A stretch of DNA of 64,000 bases from the human T2T-CHM13v2.0 reference genome, Homo sapiens (GCF_009914755.1 NC_060929.1); one strand, 5' to 3'; counted from the first letter of the stretch, positions 39,590 through 56,434 are shown. Program-made: numbers and translations. Notes: generated from the sequence alone by a model not told the origin.

Positions 39590-41046
39590 TAAGAGGTGAC
39601 AGCATGCTGACAGCCCTCACAGCCCTTGCTGGCTCTCAGCGCCTCCTTGGCCTTGGCGCCCACTCTGGCCGTGCTTGAGGAGCCCTTCAGCCCTCCCCTG
39701 CACTGTGGGAGCCCCTTTCTCGGCTGGCCAAGGCCGGAGCCGGCGCCCTCAGCTTGCGGGGAGGTGTGGAGGGAGAGGTGCAGGCGGGAACCGGGGCTGC
39801 GCGGCAGGCACTTGAAGGCCAGTGCGAGTTCCGGTGGGCGTGGGCTTGGTGGGCCCGCACTGGGAGCGGCAGGCCGGCCCCGCCACCCCGGGCAGTGAGG
39901 GGCTTAGCACCTGGGCCAGCAGCTGCTGCACTCAATTTCTCACCAGGCCTTAGTTGCCTCCCCACGGGGCAGGGCTCGGGACCTGCAGTGCGGCCACGCC
40001 TGAGTCTCCCCACACCCCCACCATGGGCTCCTGTGCAGCCCGAGCCTCCCTGACAAGCGCTGCCCCCTGCTCCAGGGCGCCCAGTCCCATCCACTGCCAA
40101 AGGGCTGAGGAGTGCAGGCGTAGGGCGCGGGACTGGCAGGAATCTCCACCTGCCGCCCGGTGCGGGACCCACTGGGTGAAGCCATCTGGGCTCCTGAGTC
40201 TGGTGGGGACTTGGAGAATCTTTATGTCTAGCTAAGGGATTGTAAATGCACCAATCAGCACTCTGTATGTAGCTCAAGGTTTGTAAACACACCAATCAGC
40301 ACCCTGTGTCTATCTCAGGGTTTGTGAATGCACCAATCAGCACTCTGTATCTAGCCCAAGGTTTGTAAATGCACCAATCAGCACTCTGTGTCTAGCTCAG
40401 GGTTTGTAAATACACCAATCGACACTCTGTATCTAGCTAATCTAGTGTGGACATGGAGAACTTTTGTGTCTAGCTCAAGGATTGTAAATGCACCAATCAG
40501 CACACTGTCAAAACAGACCAATCAGCTCTCTGTAAAACAGACCAATCAGCTCTCTGTAAAATGGACCAATCAGCAGGATGTGGGTGGGGCCAGATAAGAG
40601 AATAAAAGCAGGCTGCCTGAGCCACCAGTGGCAACCTGCTGGGGTCCCCTTCCACACTGTAGAAGCTTTGTTTTTTCACTCTTTGCAATAAATCTTGCTG
40701 CTGCTCACTCTTTGGGTCCACACTGTCTTTATGAGCTGTAACACTCACTGCAAAGGTCTGCAGCTTCACTCCGGAAGCCAGCGAGACCACAAACCCACTG
40801 GGAGGAACGAACAACTCCAGACACCCTGACTTAAGAGCTGTAACACTCACCGCGAAGGTCTGCAGCTTCACTCCTGAGCCAGCAAGACCACGAACCCACC
40901 AGAAGGAGGAAACTCCGAACACATCCGAACATCAGAAGGAACAAACTCTGGACACACTGCCTTTAAGAACTGTAACACTCACCATGAGCGTCCGCGGCTT
41001 CATTCTTGAAGTCAGTGAGACCAAGAGCCCACCAATTCTGGACACA
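39590..41046 (+). mobile_element. Solo LTR12 (LTR12C-like, ERV9) with 4-bp TSD CTAT
   Basis: Begins TAAGAGGTGACAGCATGCTG and ends CCAATTCTGGACACA. CTAT at 39586-39589 and 41047-41050. GC-rich U3, CCAAT repeats, repeated TGTAACACTCAC U5 units. Confidence 0.95.
40225..40692 (+). promoter_or_regulatory. LTR12 enhancer/promoter: CCAAT (NF-Y) array, TATA-like box, poly(A) signal
   Basis: CCAAT at 40251, 40292, 40333, 40374, 40415 (41-bp period), 40493, 40518, 40542, 40566. TATA-like AATAAAA at 40601; AATAAA at 40687. Activity at this copy is not shown. Confidence 0.75.
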
Positions 41047-42894
41047 CTATCATACACTCTTCCTTCAGAGAAATTAATATCCAAGACTCTGGGGCTTTAG
41101 AGGATAATGAACTAGGTAAAAACAGCTTGGGAATCTGAATAACTTTGTGGAACATGCTGTGTCCCACTTTACCCCCAATCCACATTGTAATGTGATACGA
41201 ACAAGAAATAAATATGTAATATATAAAGCCATTGAGATGTAGGGATTGGCCTGTTAAAGTCTTCATGCTACCATGACTAATCACACTGTGCGATTCCATC
41301 TACAAATGGCCTACATGGTTATTAATTAATCAAACATCCAATTTACCTGAAGTAGATGTCCAGACTCATTTGTACTGCCAGAACAGCCAGAACATGAAGT
41401 AGTCATGGTAATAGCCACAATGGTGTTTGGGCAACCAGATTTTAAAAACTGATTGACAGCAATTGAAAAGACCACATAAAGCAAGTGTGCCCAGAGAACA
41501 GCCTCTCTCAATTCTGGGGCGGATTCTCCCCACAGATTTATCTTGTTTAATCTGTGAGATGAGTACAATTGTATCACGGATGAGAGAACTGAGATTTAGT
41601 GTACCTCACCCAAGATCATCCAGCCTACATCTGTCTGCTTGAGTTCAGATCCTACACTCACAACCATTGCACTCCTGGAGGGCAAAAACCAGACTTCTGC
41701 ATATCTTTGTTCTGTTTTTTGTTTCCCTCACACAGTTCTAAGCCTAGAGCTTAGTAGTGCCAGTAGTACCAGTTAATACATTCTCCAAAGAAGCTAACAC
41801 ACTTGTTTCTCAGAGGAAAAATCAACTACATTCGCAACATCTTTTCAAGCCATTCAGTTACAGTGTTTTATAATAAGTTGGAACAATAGGCCAGGAAGGG
41901 TATTTGACAGGAGGACATAGAAGAGTCAAAGGCAGGTGGCAACAGGAATCTCAACATGGGAGGATGGGGCTTGGGGGCTTAGAGCTTTAGAATATAAAGA
42001 AGAATTTTTTTTAGAAAGCAGTTACCAAGAAGAAGAAAAAAAACTCTTCTGAATGGGCTCTTTTGAGTGTTGATTCCACAAGTATAGTACAACATCGTGT
42101 TGGGACCACACAGTTTAAAGTACTAACAGATTTAGAGAAAGACAAACACATGAGAAATGTCCTTGTCTATAATGTTTAAATGGTCAGGGTTTAAAGGGAA
42201 TGCAAGAGAGAGGGAAAAAAAAAACACTCTAAGCTAACATTAAAGATAAACACTTCCAAATTTCATAACAATGAGTTCACAATTCACTTTTCAGTATACT
42301 GCAGACAAGAACCTGAAAAAGAGACTCCTGAATTACCTAGTGACAATTTAATGTTCCAGGAAGTGGAGAAGATTCCATCAGAGTCACTGTTTCCACAGGA
42401 AAACATTGATTCGGAATGTTCATTGAGTAGCTAAGTCTTGTCACAAATATCTTTAGCTCCTCAAATTCAGAAGAGCAAGTGAGGTAAAGGGAAAAAAAAC
42501 AAGAAAGAAAGAAAAGCTAGAAAGCTCACAGGACATGATTCCATACAGAATTAATAAAGTTAGACTGTGCATTTGAAAGACACGAGTTCAAATTGGGAAC
42601 AGGCTAGCATATGTTATATCCCTATTTTTAAAGCACAAAAAGGGGAGAATAATTTGAAAATCAGACTGACTAAAATGGAAATAAAATTGCACTTTTAAAA
42701 TGGATATTATCAGCTGATTCGTGCCCTGGAATATTAGGAAAATCAACCACAGCAACCACAGTAATAATAATAACTCTAATTTATATAAATCGCTGCTGCT
42801 TATCTTATTTGTTTTTTTGTTTTGTTTTTTATCCTTCTATAGACTATTTTCCTTTATTTTCTGTGTGACTCTTTTTGTCTTTTTTTGTACTTTA

Positions 42895-43188
42895 AATTTT
42901 TTTATTTTTAATTGTTCTGGGTACATAGTAGGTATAATATATTTATGGGGTACATGAGATGTTTACACAGAGACATGCAATGTGAAATAATCACATCATA
43001 GAGAATGGAGTATCCATTCCCTCAAGCATTTATCACTTGTGTTACAAACAATCCAGTTACACTCTCGGTTATTTTTAATTGTAGAAATAAGTTACTAACT
43101 CTAGTCACCCTGTTGTGCTATCAAATAGTAGGTCTTATTCATTCTTTCTATTTTTTCCTCATTAACCATCCCCCTCCCCCTTAGCCCC
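42895..43188 (-). mobile_element. L1MA (L1MA2/3-like) 3' end
   Basis: GGGTACATAGTAGGT...TATTTATGGGGTACATGAGATG...TAGTCACCCTGTTGTGCTATCAAATAGTAGGTCTTATTCATTC. Confidence 0.85.
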
Positions 43189-43289
43189 CTTATTTGTTAT
43201 AACAAGAAACTTGTAAGTTAATCAGGGAAAGATTATTAAAAGATTAAGATAAACATAAGAATAAAAAATAGAAGCCAATTTTGTAGATG

Positions 43290-43930
43290 TACCATGGAGA
43301 AAATGGATACTGCAGGTAAAACAAAAAAGTCAGCATTCCTCCCATACATTTTTAACGAGGCTACAGCCACTAACACAGCTGCTGGAGGGAAATTTGGCAA
43401 CATTTAACTAAGTAACAAATGTGCATACATTTTCAGGTAGCAATTGCACTTTTATGAATGTATCCTACAGATATACTGGCATATACCAAATGGTTTACCC
43501 AAAGTAGTTCATGAAGCATTGTTTATAATAACCAAAAAGTATGAGTAAAAATAGGAATCTGGTGAGATAATTCATGGTATTTCATAAAACTGAGTATCAT
43601 GTAGCCCAAAAAAGAATGTAGAAATTCTTTATATATTAATATGTATAGCCTCCAAGATATGTCATTAAGTAGAAAAAAGACAAAACACAAAAAAATATAA
43701 AGTATGCACATCATGCTATCATTTATGTGAGGAAAATAAGAAGAGGGAGAGGATTTCATATATATCTAAAATATGTCTGAAAGGGAACAAAAAGAACTGG
43801 TAATATCTATCACCTCTGAGGAGAAGAATTAGGCTACTAGATTAGAAGAGAGATTTTTTGCTACATATTCTTCTATAGCCTTTGAATTTTATTCATGTGA
43901 ATCAATAAATACATTCCCTGATCAAAAATA
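43290..43930 (+). mobile_element. Old L1ME-type 3' fragment
   Basis: GGAGGGAAATTTGGCAACAT...GCAATTGCACTTTTATGAATGTATCCTACAGATATACT...CTCCAAGATATGTCATTAAGT. Confidence 0.6.
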
Positions 43931-45894
43931 AAATGATTAGAATTACAAATTTTTTAAGATAGGCAGAATGCATTGTAAACTAGAAACAATTGCAAATCAA
44001 ATTGATACCTATATATTTCTGCTTCCAGCTATGATAGAGTAACTAGTAACAGATTATCTGTCTCACAGAAAATACTTACAAAACTAAGTAAAATATATGA
44101 GGCAACCGTTTTCAAACAGTGGCTAACAAGCCAATCCAGAACTGAAATCCCTCTGCCCACGAATGTCCACCTCTGTGAATAAGGATATTTTCCTAAACAT
44201 GACAAAAAGAGCTGGAGTCTGAGGCAGCTGGCATGGCTGGCATCTATAAAGCAGAGTCTTAGAGAGTAAAGACTTTAACACAGAGAAGTCTCAGAAGTTT
44301 TGCAGAGATTTGTCCCAGACATGGGACAAATCTGTGACTGAGATCACCACCATACATTTGCAGAGTGAGAATACTGGAGGCTTAACAGAGAGAAAATGTT
44401 ATCAGGTTGAGAGAACAGAAATAGTGGAGGTCAAGTAATGCTGGAAGAAGAATAGTACTAGACATCATTGCAGTTCAGGTCCTATGGGTTTGAGAGAGCT
44501 CATAAATAAATACTACTTTGACACCCCTGGGATCTACCTGAGAAACAGAAAGTTGGTACCTCTCTACAAGTAAAGACTATGTCCTAAAGTAAGTCCTATG
44601 ACTCCAGTAAAGTCTAAAACAAAGCCTATCATCAAGAAAAACATCCTCTATCAACACTGAATACTGCCAGGTTGAATAGGTTGGGAAAGCACCTGGGATT
44701 TCTCAAAGATTTGGACTAACAAAGCCTAAAACCATGCTTAAACATGTTCAACGTGATCAGCCAATTGAACAGCATGCTAAGATAACAAGCAAAATTCTTC
44801 AGAAGAAAATAACACAATCCAGAGGCATGATAACACATTGTCCAAAATGTCCAGTATGCAATAAAAAATCACCAGATAAAGAAATAAGATCTCCATTCCA
44901 AGATGGCCAAATAGGAACAACTCCAGTCTGCACCTCCCAGCGTCATCGATGCAGAAGATGGGTGATTTCTGCATTTCCAACTGAGGTACTTGGTTCATCT
45001 CATTGGGACTGATTGGACAGTGGGTGCAGCCCATGGAGCGGGAGCCAGCGCAGGGTGGGGCATCGCCTCACCTGGGAAGTGCAAGGGGTTGGGGGATTTC
45101 CCTTTTCTAGCAAAGGGAAGCCATGACAAACAGGACACTCCCGCCCAAATACTGCGCTTTTCCCACTGTCTTAGCAACCAGCAGACCAGGAGATTCTCTC
45201 CTGTGCCTGGCTTAGCAGGTCCCACACCCATGGAGACTTGCTCATTGCTAGCAGAGCAATCTGAGATTGACCTGCGAGGCAGCAGCCTGGTGGGGGGAGG
45301 GGTGTTCACCATTGCTGAGGCTTAAGTAGGTAAACAAAGTGGCCAGGAAGCTGGAACTGGGCAGAGCCCACCACAGCTCAGCAAAGCCTACTGCCTCTAT
45401 AGACTCCACCTCTGTGGGCAGGGCATAGCTGAACAAAAGGCAGCAGAAGCTTCTGCAGACTTAAACATCCCTGTCTGACAGCTCTGAAGAGAGCAGTGGT
45501 TCTCCCAGCATGGCGTTTGAGCTTTGAGAACGGACAGACTGCCTCCTCAAGTGGGTCCCTGACCCCCACATAGCTTAACTGGGAGACACCTCCCAGTAGG
45601 GGCTGACAGACATCTCACACAGGCAGGTGCCCCTCTAGCACGAAGCTTATGGAGGAAGGATCAGGCAGCAATATTTGCTGTTCTGCAGCCTCCACTGGTG
45701 ATACCCAGGCAAATAGGATCTGGAGTGGACCTCCAGCAAAATCCAACAGACCTGCAGCTGAGGGACCTGACTGTTAGGAGGAAAACTAACAAACAGAAAG
45801 GAATAGCATCAACATCAACAAAAAGGACATCCACACCAAAACCCCATCTGTAGGTCACCAACATGAAAGACCAAAGGTTGATAAAACCAAAAAG

Positions 45895-46919
45895 ATGGAG
45901 AGAAACCAGTGCAGAAAATTTAAAAATTCTAAAAACCAGAGTGCCTCTTCTCTTCCAAAGGATCACAGCTCCTCACGAGCTATGGAACAAAGCTGGACGG
46001 AGAATGACTTTGACAAGTTGACAGAAGTAGGCTTCAGAAGGATGGTAATAACAAACTTCTCCAAGCTAAAGGGGCATGTTCTAACCCATTGAAGGAAGCT
46101 GAAAATCTTTAAAAAATGTTGGACGAATGGCAAATTAGAATAAACAGTGTAGAGAAGACTTTAAATGACCTGATGGAGCTGAAAACCACGGCACGAGAAC
46201 TTCGTGATGCATGCACAAGCTTCAATAGCCTGTTAGATCAAGTCGAAGAAAGGATATCACTGACTGAAGATCAAATGAATGAAATAAAGCAAGAAGACAA
46301 GTTTAGAGAAAAAAGAGTAAAAAGAAACAAACAAAGCCTCCAAGAAATATGGGACTATGTGAAAAGACCAAATCTACGTCTGATTGATGTACCTGAAAGT
46401 GACGGGGAGAATGGAACCAAGTTGGAAAACACTCTGGAGGATATTATCCACAAGAACTTCCCCAAACTAGCAAGGCAGGCCAACATTCAAATTCAGGAAA
46501 TACAGAGAACATCACAAAGATACTCCTCAAGAAGAGCAACCCCAAGACACATAATTTTCAGATTCACCAAGGTTGAAATGAAGGAAAAAATGTTAAGGGC
46601 AGCCAGAGAGAAAGGTCGGGTTGTCCACAAAGGGAAGCCCATCAGACAAACAGCAGCTCTCTCAGCAGAAACCTTATAAGACAGAAAAGAGTGGGGGCCA
46701 ATATTCGACATTCTTAAAGAAAAAAATTTTCAACCCAGAATTTCATATCCAGCCAAACTAAGCTTTGTAAGTGAAGGAGAAATAAAATCCTTTACAGACA
46801 AGCAAATGCTGAGAGATTTTGTCACCACAAGGCCTGCCCTAAAAGAGCTCCTGAGGGAAGCACTAAACATGGAAAGGAACAACTGGTACCAGCCACTGCA
46901 AAAACATGCCAAATTGTAA
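45895..46919 (+). pseudogene. L1 ORF1p remnant, interrupted by stops
   Basis: Track fragments MERNQCRK... and ...QSLQEIWDYVKRPNLRLI...RATPRHIIFRFTKVEMKEKMLRAAREKG. Stops at about 46092 and 46679. Confidence 0.92.
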
Positions 46920-46982
46920 AGACCATCGACACCATGAAGAAACTGCATCAACTAATGGGCAAAATAACCAGCTAACATCATA

Positions 46983-50791
<3,809 letters not shown>

Positions 50792-52062
50792 ACAATGAGA
50801 ACACTTGGACACAGGGTGGCGAACATCACACACCAGGGCCTGTTGGGGGGTGTGGGGGGTGGGGGATGGATAGCATTAGGAGAGATACCTAATGTAAATG
50901 ATGAGTTGATGGGTGAAGCAAACCAACATGGCACATGTATACATATGTAACAAACCTGCACGCTGTGCGCATGTACCCTAGAACTTAAAGCATAATTTAA
51001 AAAAATGAAAATATGATACATAGGCAAGCAAAAAAGCAGTAAATACAAACAAATCTCAAAATTACCCAGATATGTCCAAACAAAGAATCTAAAGCAGCTT
51101 TTGTAAATATGTTAAAGAATTTTAAATATATATGTCCAAAGAATGACAGGAAATATGATCTCAAGGAGTGAATAGAGGAGTCTAGGCAGAGAAAATAACC
51201 AAATGAAAATTCTAGAACTAAAAAAAAATAAAAATGAACAATTTAGTGGACAGGTCTGAATAGCTGATTAGAGATGGCAGAAGAAAAGAGAACCTAAAAC
51301 AGATCAGTAGAAATTATTTAATCTTAGAAAGGAAGAGTGGGGAAAATAATCAGGAAGATGAACTAAGATTTAGGAATAGGTAGGACAATACCAAATAGTC
51401 TTAACGTAAATGTAATTGGAATCCTAGAAAGAAAAGCGAGTGAGAATGGGCCAGAAAAAAATATTTGAAGGAATAACAGCTGAAAACTTTTCAAAACGAT
51501 CAAACAGATCCAAGAAGTTTAGCAAACCCCAAGAAGAATAAATATAAAGAAAACCACACCCAGGCACATTGTAGTAAAACTGCAGCACATCCAAGATAAA
51601 GAGGAAATATTAAGGGCATCCAGAGGAAAGACACACATTACGTACAGTTGAACAAGGATAAGAATGATCATGGGCTTATGAGAAACAGTGGGGACTGAAA
51701 ACCCCAATGGCATGGAATTTTTAAATCGCTGAAAGGAAAAACGAAAACAAAGCTGTTAACTCAGAACTCTACAACCAACAAAAATATTCTTCAAAAATGG
51801 GAAGAAAATAAAGGCACTTTCAGATAAATAAAAGCTGAGAAAATTAATCACCAGCAGACCTACACTATAAGAAATACAAAAAGTTGAAGATAACTGATAC
51901 CAGATGGAAATTCAGATCTACAGTAAGAAAGAAAAAGAGCACTGGAAATGTTAAGTAAATTACTAAATATAAAGTAGTATGTTTTCTTTCTTAGAATTTC
52001 CTTAAAGACTACTATTTAAGGCAAAAGTGAAAACACTCTAAGGTTGGGGTTATGACATGTTA

Positions 52063-52410
<348 letters not shown>

Positions 52411-53278
52411 AAGAAAGAGGATGACTAAATTGAAATAAAATGTTGTAAGTTTACTACATTTGTCAAATGTTAAGTGTGAAATGTGGAGAGGTACAATACT
52501 GAGTATGAATAGATTCTAATGCATAGGGGCTGCATATTTTTAGCCCTTGAGCAATCAAGAAAATTAAATTAAAAAGGAAGATAAATGATAAACAGAGAGA
52601 TAAGGGGGTATAACTAAAAGCCAATAGAAAAAATAAAATGGCACACTAAAAAATATTCAAATGCTCTGAAAAGAGCAGGAAAGAAACAACAGAGGAACAA
52701 AAAACAGAAGAGATAATGAGAAAAAAAAAAAGTTTGATACCTGGTGTTTAGTGGAATTCACTCAATAAATTCATTCATGCAATGAGAGGCTACTATACTG
52801 ATGCCTGAAGGTATGTAAATGTTCATAAGCCTTGCCTCCTACTCTCAAAAACCTTACAATTATACATGCGACTATGCAACAAAATGGCATATGAAAAATA
52901 CAAATAAAATTATAGTTATCACTGAGGACTTCCTATATACTGAAAATCCTACTAAATGCTTCACAAATAGTATTTACTTCTCACGATGATATAAAGAATT
53001 TTCATAATGTAGGTATCCTTGGCCCCACTTTGTAGATAAAGTTGGATGTAAGCTTCATGACAGCACAAACCATAAATATTATTTACCATTGTGTTACCAA
53101 TGCCTTACAATTTGCACACATCTAATACAAGCTTAGTAAGAAGCTATAAAAAGAATAAGTGAATGGCAAAGGATATAATAATCTACTCAAAGTCATGCTG
53201 AGAACCAGAATTTGGAACCAGACAGACTTCGGTCCAAAGTCCTTGATACTAACAGTTAGGATCCCAAAAGGCAATAAC

Positions 53279-53415
53279 TTGGGTGACAATACATCCAGTT
53301 TACACAGGATAGTTCCAGTTTATGATTATTGTCCCAATGTGACTACTAATAGTTCTCCCATTCATTCACCCTCAAAAAATGCCAAATTTGTATGATAAAT
53401 GTTATGGTTTCTCTA
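53279..53415. mobile_element. MER94-like hAT-Blackjack MITE
   Basis: GGGTGACAATACATCCAGTTTACACAGGATAGTTCCAGTTTATG...TGATAAATGTTATGGTTTCTCTA. Confidence 0.65.
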
Positions 53416-54158
53416 GCTATAAGATTTCAGAGGAGATTCTTCCTATCCATGAGCATGGAATGTTTTTCCATTTGTTTATGTCATCTCTGATTTCTTTCAG
53501 CAGTGTTTTGTAATTCTCATTGGAGAGCTCTTTCACTTCACTGGTTAGCTATATTTCTAGATATGTTATTTTTTGTGGCTATTGTGAATAGGATTATGCT
53601 CTTGATTTGGCACTCAGCTTGGACATTATCGGTGTAGAGAAATGCTACTGATTTTTGTATCCAGAAACTTTGCTGAAGTTATCTAGGAGCTTTTGGGCAA
53701 AACTATGGGGTTTTCTAGGTAGTTTGACAGAGGTAGTTTGATTTTCTCTCTTCCTATTTGGATGCCTCTTATTTCTTTCTCTTCCCTTATTGCTCTGGCT
53801 AGGACTTCCAATACTATGTTAAATAGGAGCAGTGAGAGTGGGCATCCTTGTCTTGTTCCAGTTCTCAAGAGGAATACTCCCAGCTTTTGCCCATTCAGTG
53901 TGATGTTGGCTGTGGGTTTTGTTGTGGATGGCTTACTATTTTGAGGTATGTCCTTCAATGCCTAGTTTTTTGAAGGTTTTTAACATGAAGGTTGCTGAAT
54001 TTTATCAAAAGCCTTTTCTGCATCTATTGAGATGATCATGTGTTTTTTGTTTTTATTCCGTTCATGTGGTGAATCACATTTATTGATTTGCATATGTTGA
54101 AATCAGTCTTGCATCCTAGGGATAAAGCCTGCTCAATGGTGGTGGATTAGTTTTTTTT

Positions 54159-54619
54159 TTTTTGTTTTTTTTTTTAAACAATTTTATAACTTTATTTGGT
54201 ATATTTGATGATTAGCAGTTAGTTCACATTCACACCGACTGTAGATTTTTTTAAAGTGGTAACAGGTACGTAGGCAACCAAAGTATAGAGCTTGTTTGGT
54301 AAATCTTTATCTTCATTACATTTTCTGGACAACCGAACATGGATACAGTATGAGACGTTGCTTATTCCTTTGGCCCAGACAGCTTTGTTGAGCCTGGTAT
54401 CAAAGTGTGCATCTGGAGTTCCCATCTCCTTCAGGGCAAGTTTCCGGAGCTCTTTGAGTGCCTGAGGGGCACGCTTCTTGAAGCCCACTCCATGAATGCA
54501 CTTATGAATGTTGATGGGATATTCTCGGGTCACCATCTCGTTGATGGCGAATGACCCTTCTTCTTCTCATCACCCTTCTTTGCAGGAGCCATTCTGCCGG
54601 GCCCAAGTTGGAAAGGAAA
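54159..54619 (-). pseudogene. RPL31: Processed pseudogene of 60S ribosomal protein L31 (eL31), full-length and intronless
   Basis: Minus strand: pyrimidine 5' leader TTTCCTTTCC, ATG at 54592 (MAPAKKG...), 1-nt frameshift near 54549, then [22 protein letters not shown]...MGTPD...[13 protein letters not shown]...[11 protein letters not shown] at 54219, AATAAA near 54191-54196, poly(A). Confidence 0.96.
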
Positions 54620-54639
54620 CTGGCCACTATTCTTACATC

Positions 54640-54828
54640 ATAATCAGTAGTAAAGCTAGTCTCATCTTCCACTACTTCCCCTCTTCCTCCCTCTACTCCA
54701 GCCCCTTGGCCTTGCTTCTTTCCCTGAGGGCCTCGACCCTAGCTTTCCCTTCTGCCTCGCATGCCATTCCCCCAGATATCCTTCTGCTTGACTAATTTCC
54801 TTGTCTCCTGCAAGTTCTTAGCTCAAAC
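54640..54828 (+). mobile_element. L2 fragment carried inside the transduced segment
   Basis: CTCATCTTCCACTAC...CTCTACTCCAGCCCCTTGGCC...TTCCCTTCTGCC...TTCCCCCAGATATCC...CTTAGCTCAAA resembles the L2a 3' region. Confidence 0.65.
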
Positions 54829-54833
54829 CTTTC

Positions 54834-56434
54834 TTTTTTGTTTGTGTTTTGTTTTTTTTTGTTTGTTTTTTTTTTTTATTGATCATTCTTGGGTGTTTCT
54901 CGCAGAGGGGGATTTGGCAGGGTCATAGGACAATAGTGGAGGGAAGGTCAGCAGATAAACAAGTGAACAAAGGTCTCTGGTTTTCCTAGGCAGAGGTCCC
55001 TGCGGCCTTCCGCAGTGTTTGCGTCCCTGGGTACTTGAGATTAGGGAGTGGTGATGACTCTTAACGAGCATGCCGCCTTCAAGCATCTGTTTAACAAAGC
55101 ACATCTTGCACCGCCCTTAATCCATTTAACCCTGAGTGGACACAGCACATGTTTCAGAGAGCACAGGGTTGGGGGTAAGGTCACAGATCAACAGGATCCC
55201 AAGGCAGAAGAATTTTTCTTAGTACAGAACAAAATGAAAAGTCTCCCATGTCTACCTCTTTCTACACAGACACAGCAACCATCCGATTTCTCAATCTTTT
55301 CCCCACCTTTCCCCCCTTTCTATTCCACAAAACCGCCATTGTCATCATGGCCCGTTCTCAATGAGCTGTTGGGTACACCTCCCAGATGGGGTGGTGGCCG
55401 GGCAGAGGGGCTCCTCACTTCCCAGTAGGGGCGGCCGGGCAGAGGCACCCCTCCCTCCCGGATGGGGTGGCTGGCCGGGCGGGGGGCTGACCCCCCCACC
55501 TCCCTCCCAGACAGGGTGGCTGCTGGGCGGAGACGCTCCTCACTTCCCAGACGGGGTGGCTGCCAGGCGGAGGGGCTCCTCACTTCTCAGACGGGGCAGC
55601 TGCCGGGCGGAGGGGCTCCTCACTTCTCAGACGGGGCGGTTGCCAGGCAGAGGGTCTCCTCACTTCTCAGATGGGGCGGCCGGGCAGAGACGCTCCTCAC
55701 CTCCCAGACGGGTTCGCGGCCGGGTAGAGGCGCTCCTCACATCCCAGACGGGGCGGCGGGGCAGAGGCTCTCCCCACATCTCAGACGATGGGCGGCCGGG
55801 CAGAGACGCTCCTCACTTCCTAGATGGGATGGAGGTCGGGAAGAGGCGCTCCTCACTTCCTAGATGGGATGGCGGCCGGGCAGAGACGCTCCTCACTTTC
55901 CAGAGTGGGCAGCCAGGCAGAGGGGCTCCTCACGTCCCAGACGATGGGCGGCCAGGCAGAGACGCTCCTCACTTCCCAGACGGGGTGGCAGCCGGGCAGA
56001 GGCTGCAATCTCGACACTTTGGGAGGCCAAGGCAGGCGGCTGGGAGGTGGAGGTTGTAGCGAGCCGAGATCACACCGCTGCACTCCAGCCTGGGCACCAC
56101 TGAGCACTGAGTGAACCAGACTCCATCTGCAATCCCAGCACCTCGGGAGGCCGAGGCTGGCAGATCACTCGCGGTTAGGAGCTGGAGACCAGCCCGGCCA
56201 ACACAGCGAAACCCCGTCTCCACCAAAAAAATACGAAAACCTGTCAGGTGTGGCGGCGCAGGCCTGCAATCGCAGGCACTCGCAGGCTGAGGCAGGAGAA
56301 TCAGGCAGGGAGGTTGCAGTGAGCCGAGGTGGCAGCAGTACAGTCCAGCTTCAGCTCGGCATCAGAGGGAGACCGTGGAAAGAGAGGGAGACGGAGACCG
56401 TGGGGAGAAGGAGAGGGAGAGGGAGAGGGAGAGG
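54834..56434 (-). mobile_element. SVA retrotransposon (SVA_C/D-like), all domains present, short VNTR
   Basis: Minus strand order: (CCCTCT)n at about 56404-56434, Alu-like region about 56000-56400, GC-rich VNTR about 55380-56000, SINE-R about 54880-55380, AATAAA at 54875-54880, A-rich tail 54834-54877. Confidence 0.97.

Larger units (their letters stand above)
39440..41285 (+). mobile_element. Old MaLR LTR (MLT1I/J-like) split by the LTR12
   Basis: AGTTCTAGCCAATAGAATGTGAATGTAAGT before the LTR12 and CAAGAAATAAATATG...AAGCCATTGAGATGTAGGG...TGACTAATCACA after it. Confidence 0.55.

Noticed and set aside
40240-40580. Regularly spaced repeats superficially like a CRISPR array
   Set aside because: These are LTR12 41-bp enhancer units with no unique spacers, in primate DNA with no cas genes.
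39626-40922. Long GC-rich ORFs (up to 202 aa) in several frames
   Set aside because: They lie entirely inside LTR12 and are stop-poor because of GC content; no recognisable protein.
54159-54619. Independent insertion of RPL31 mRNA at this site
   Set aside because: No duplication flanks the pseudogene alone; the only TSD encloses the SVA, flank and pseudogene together.
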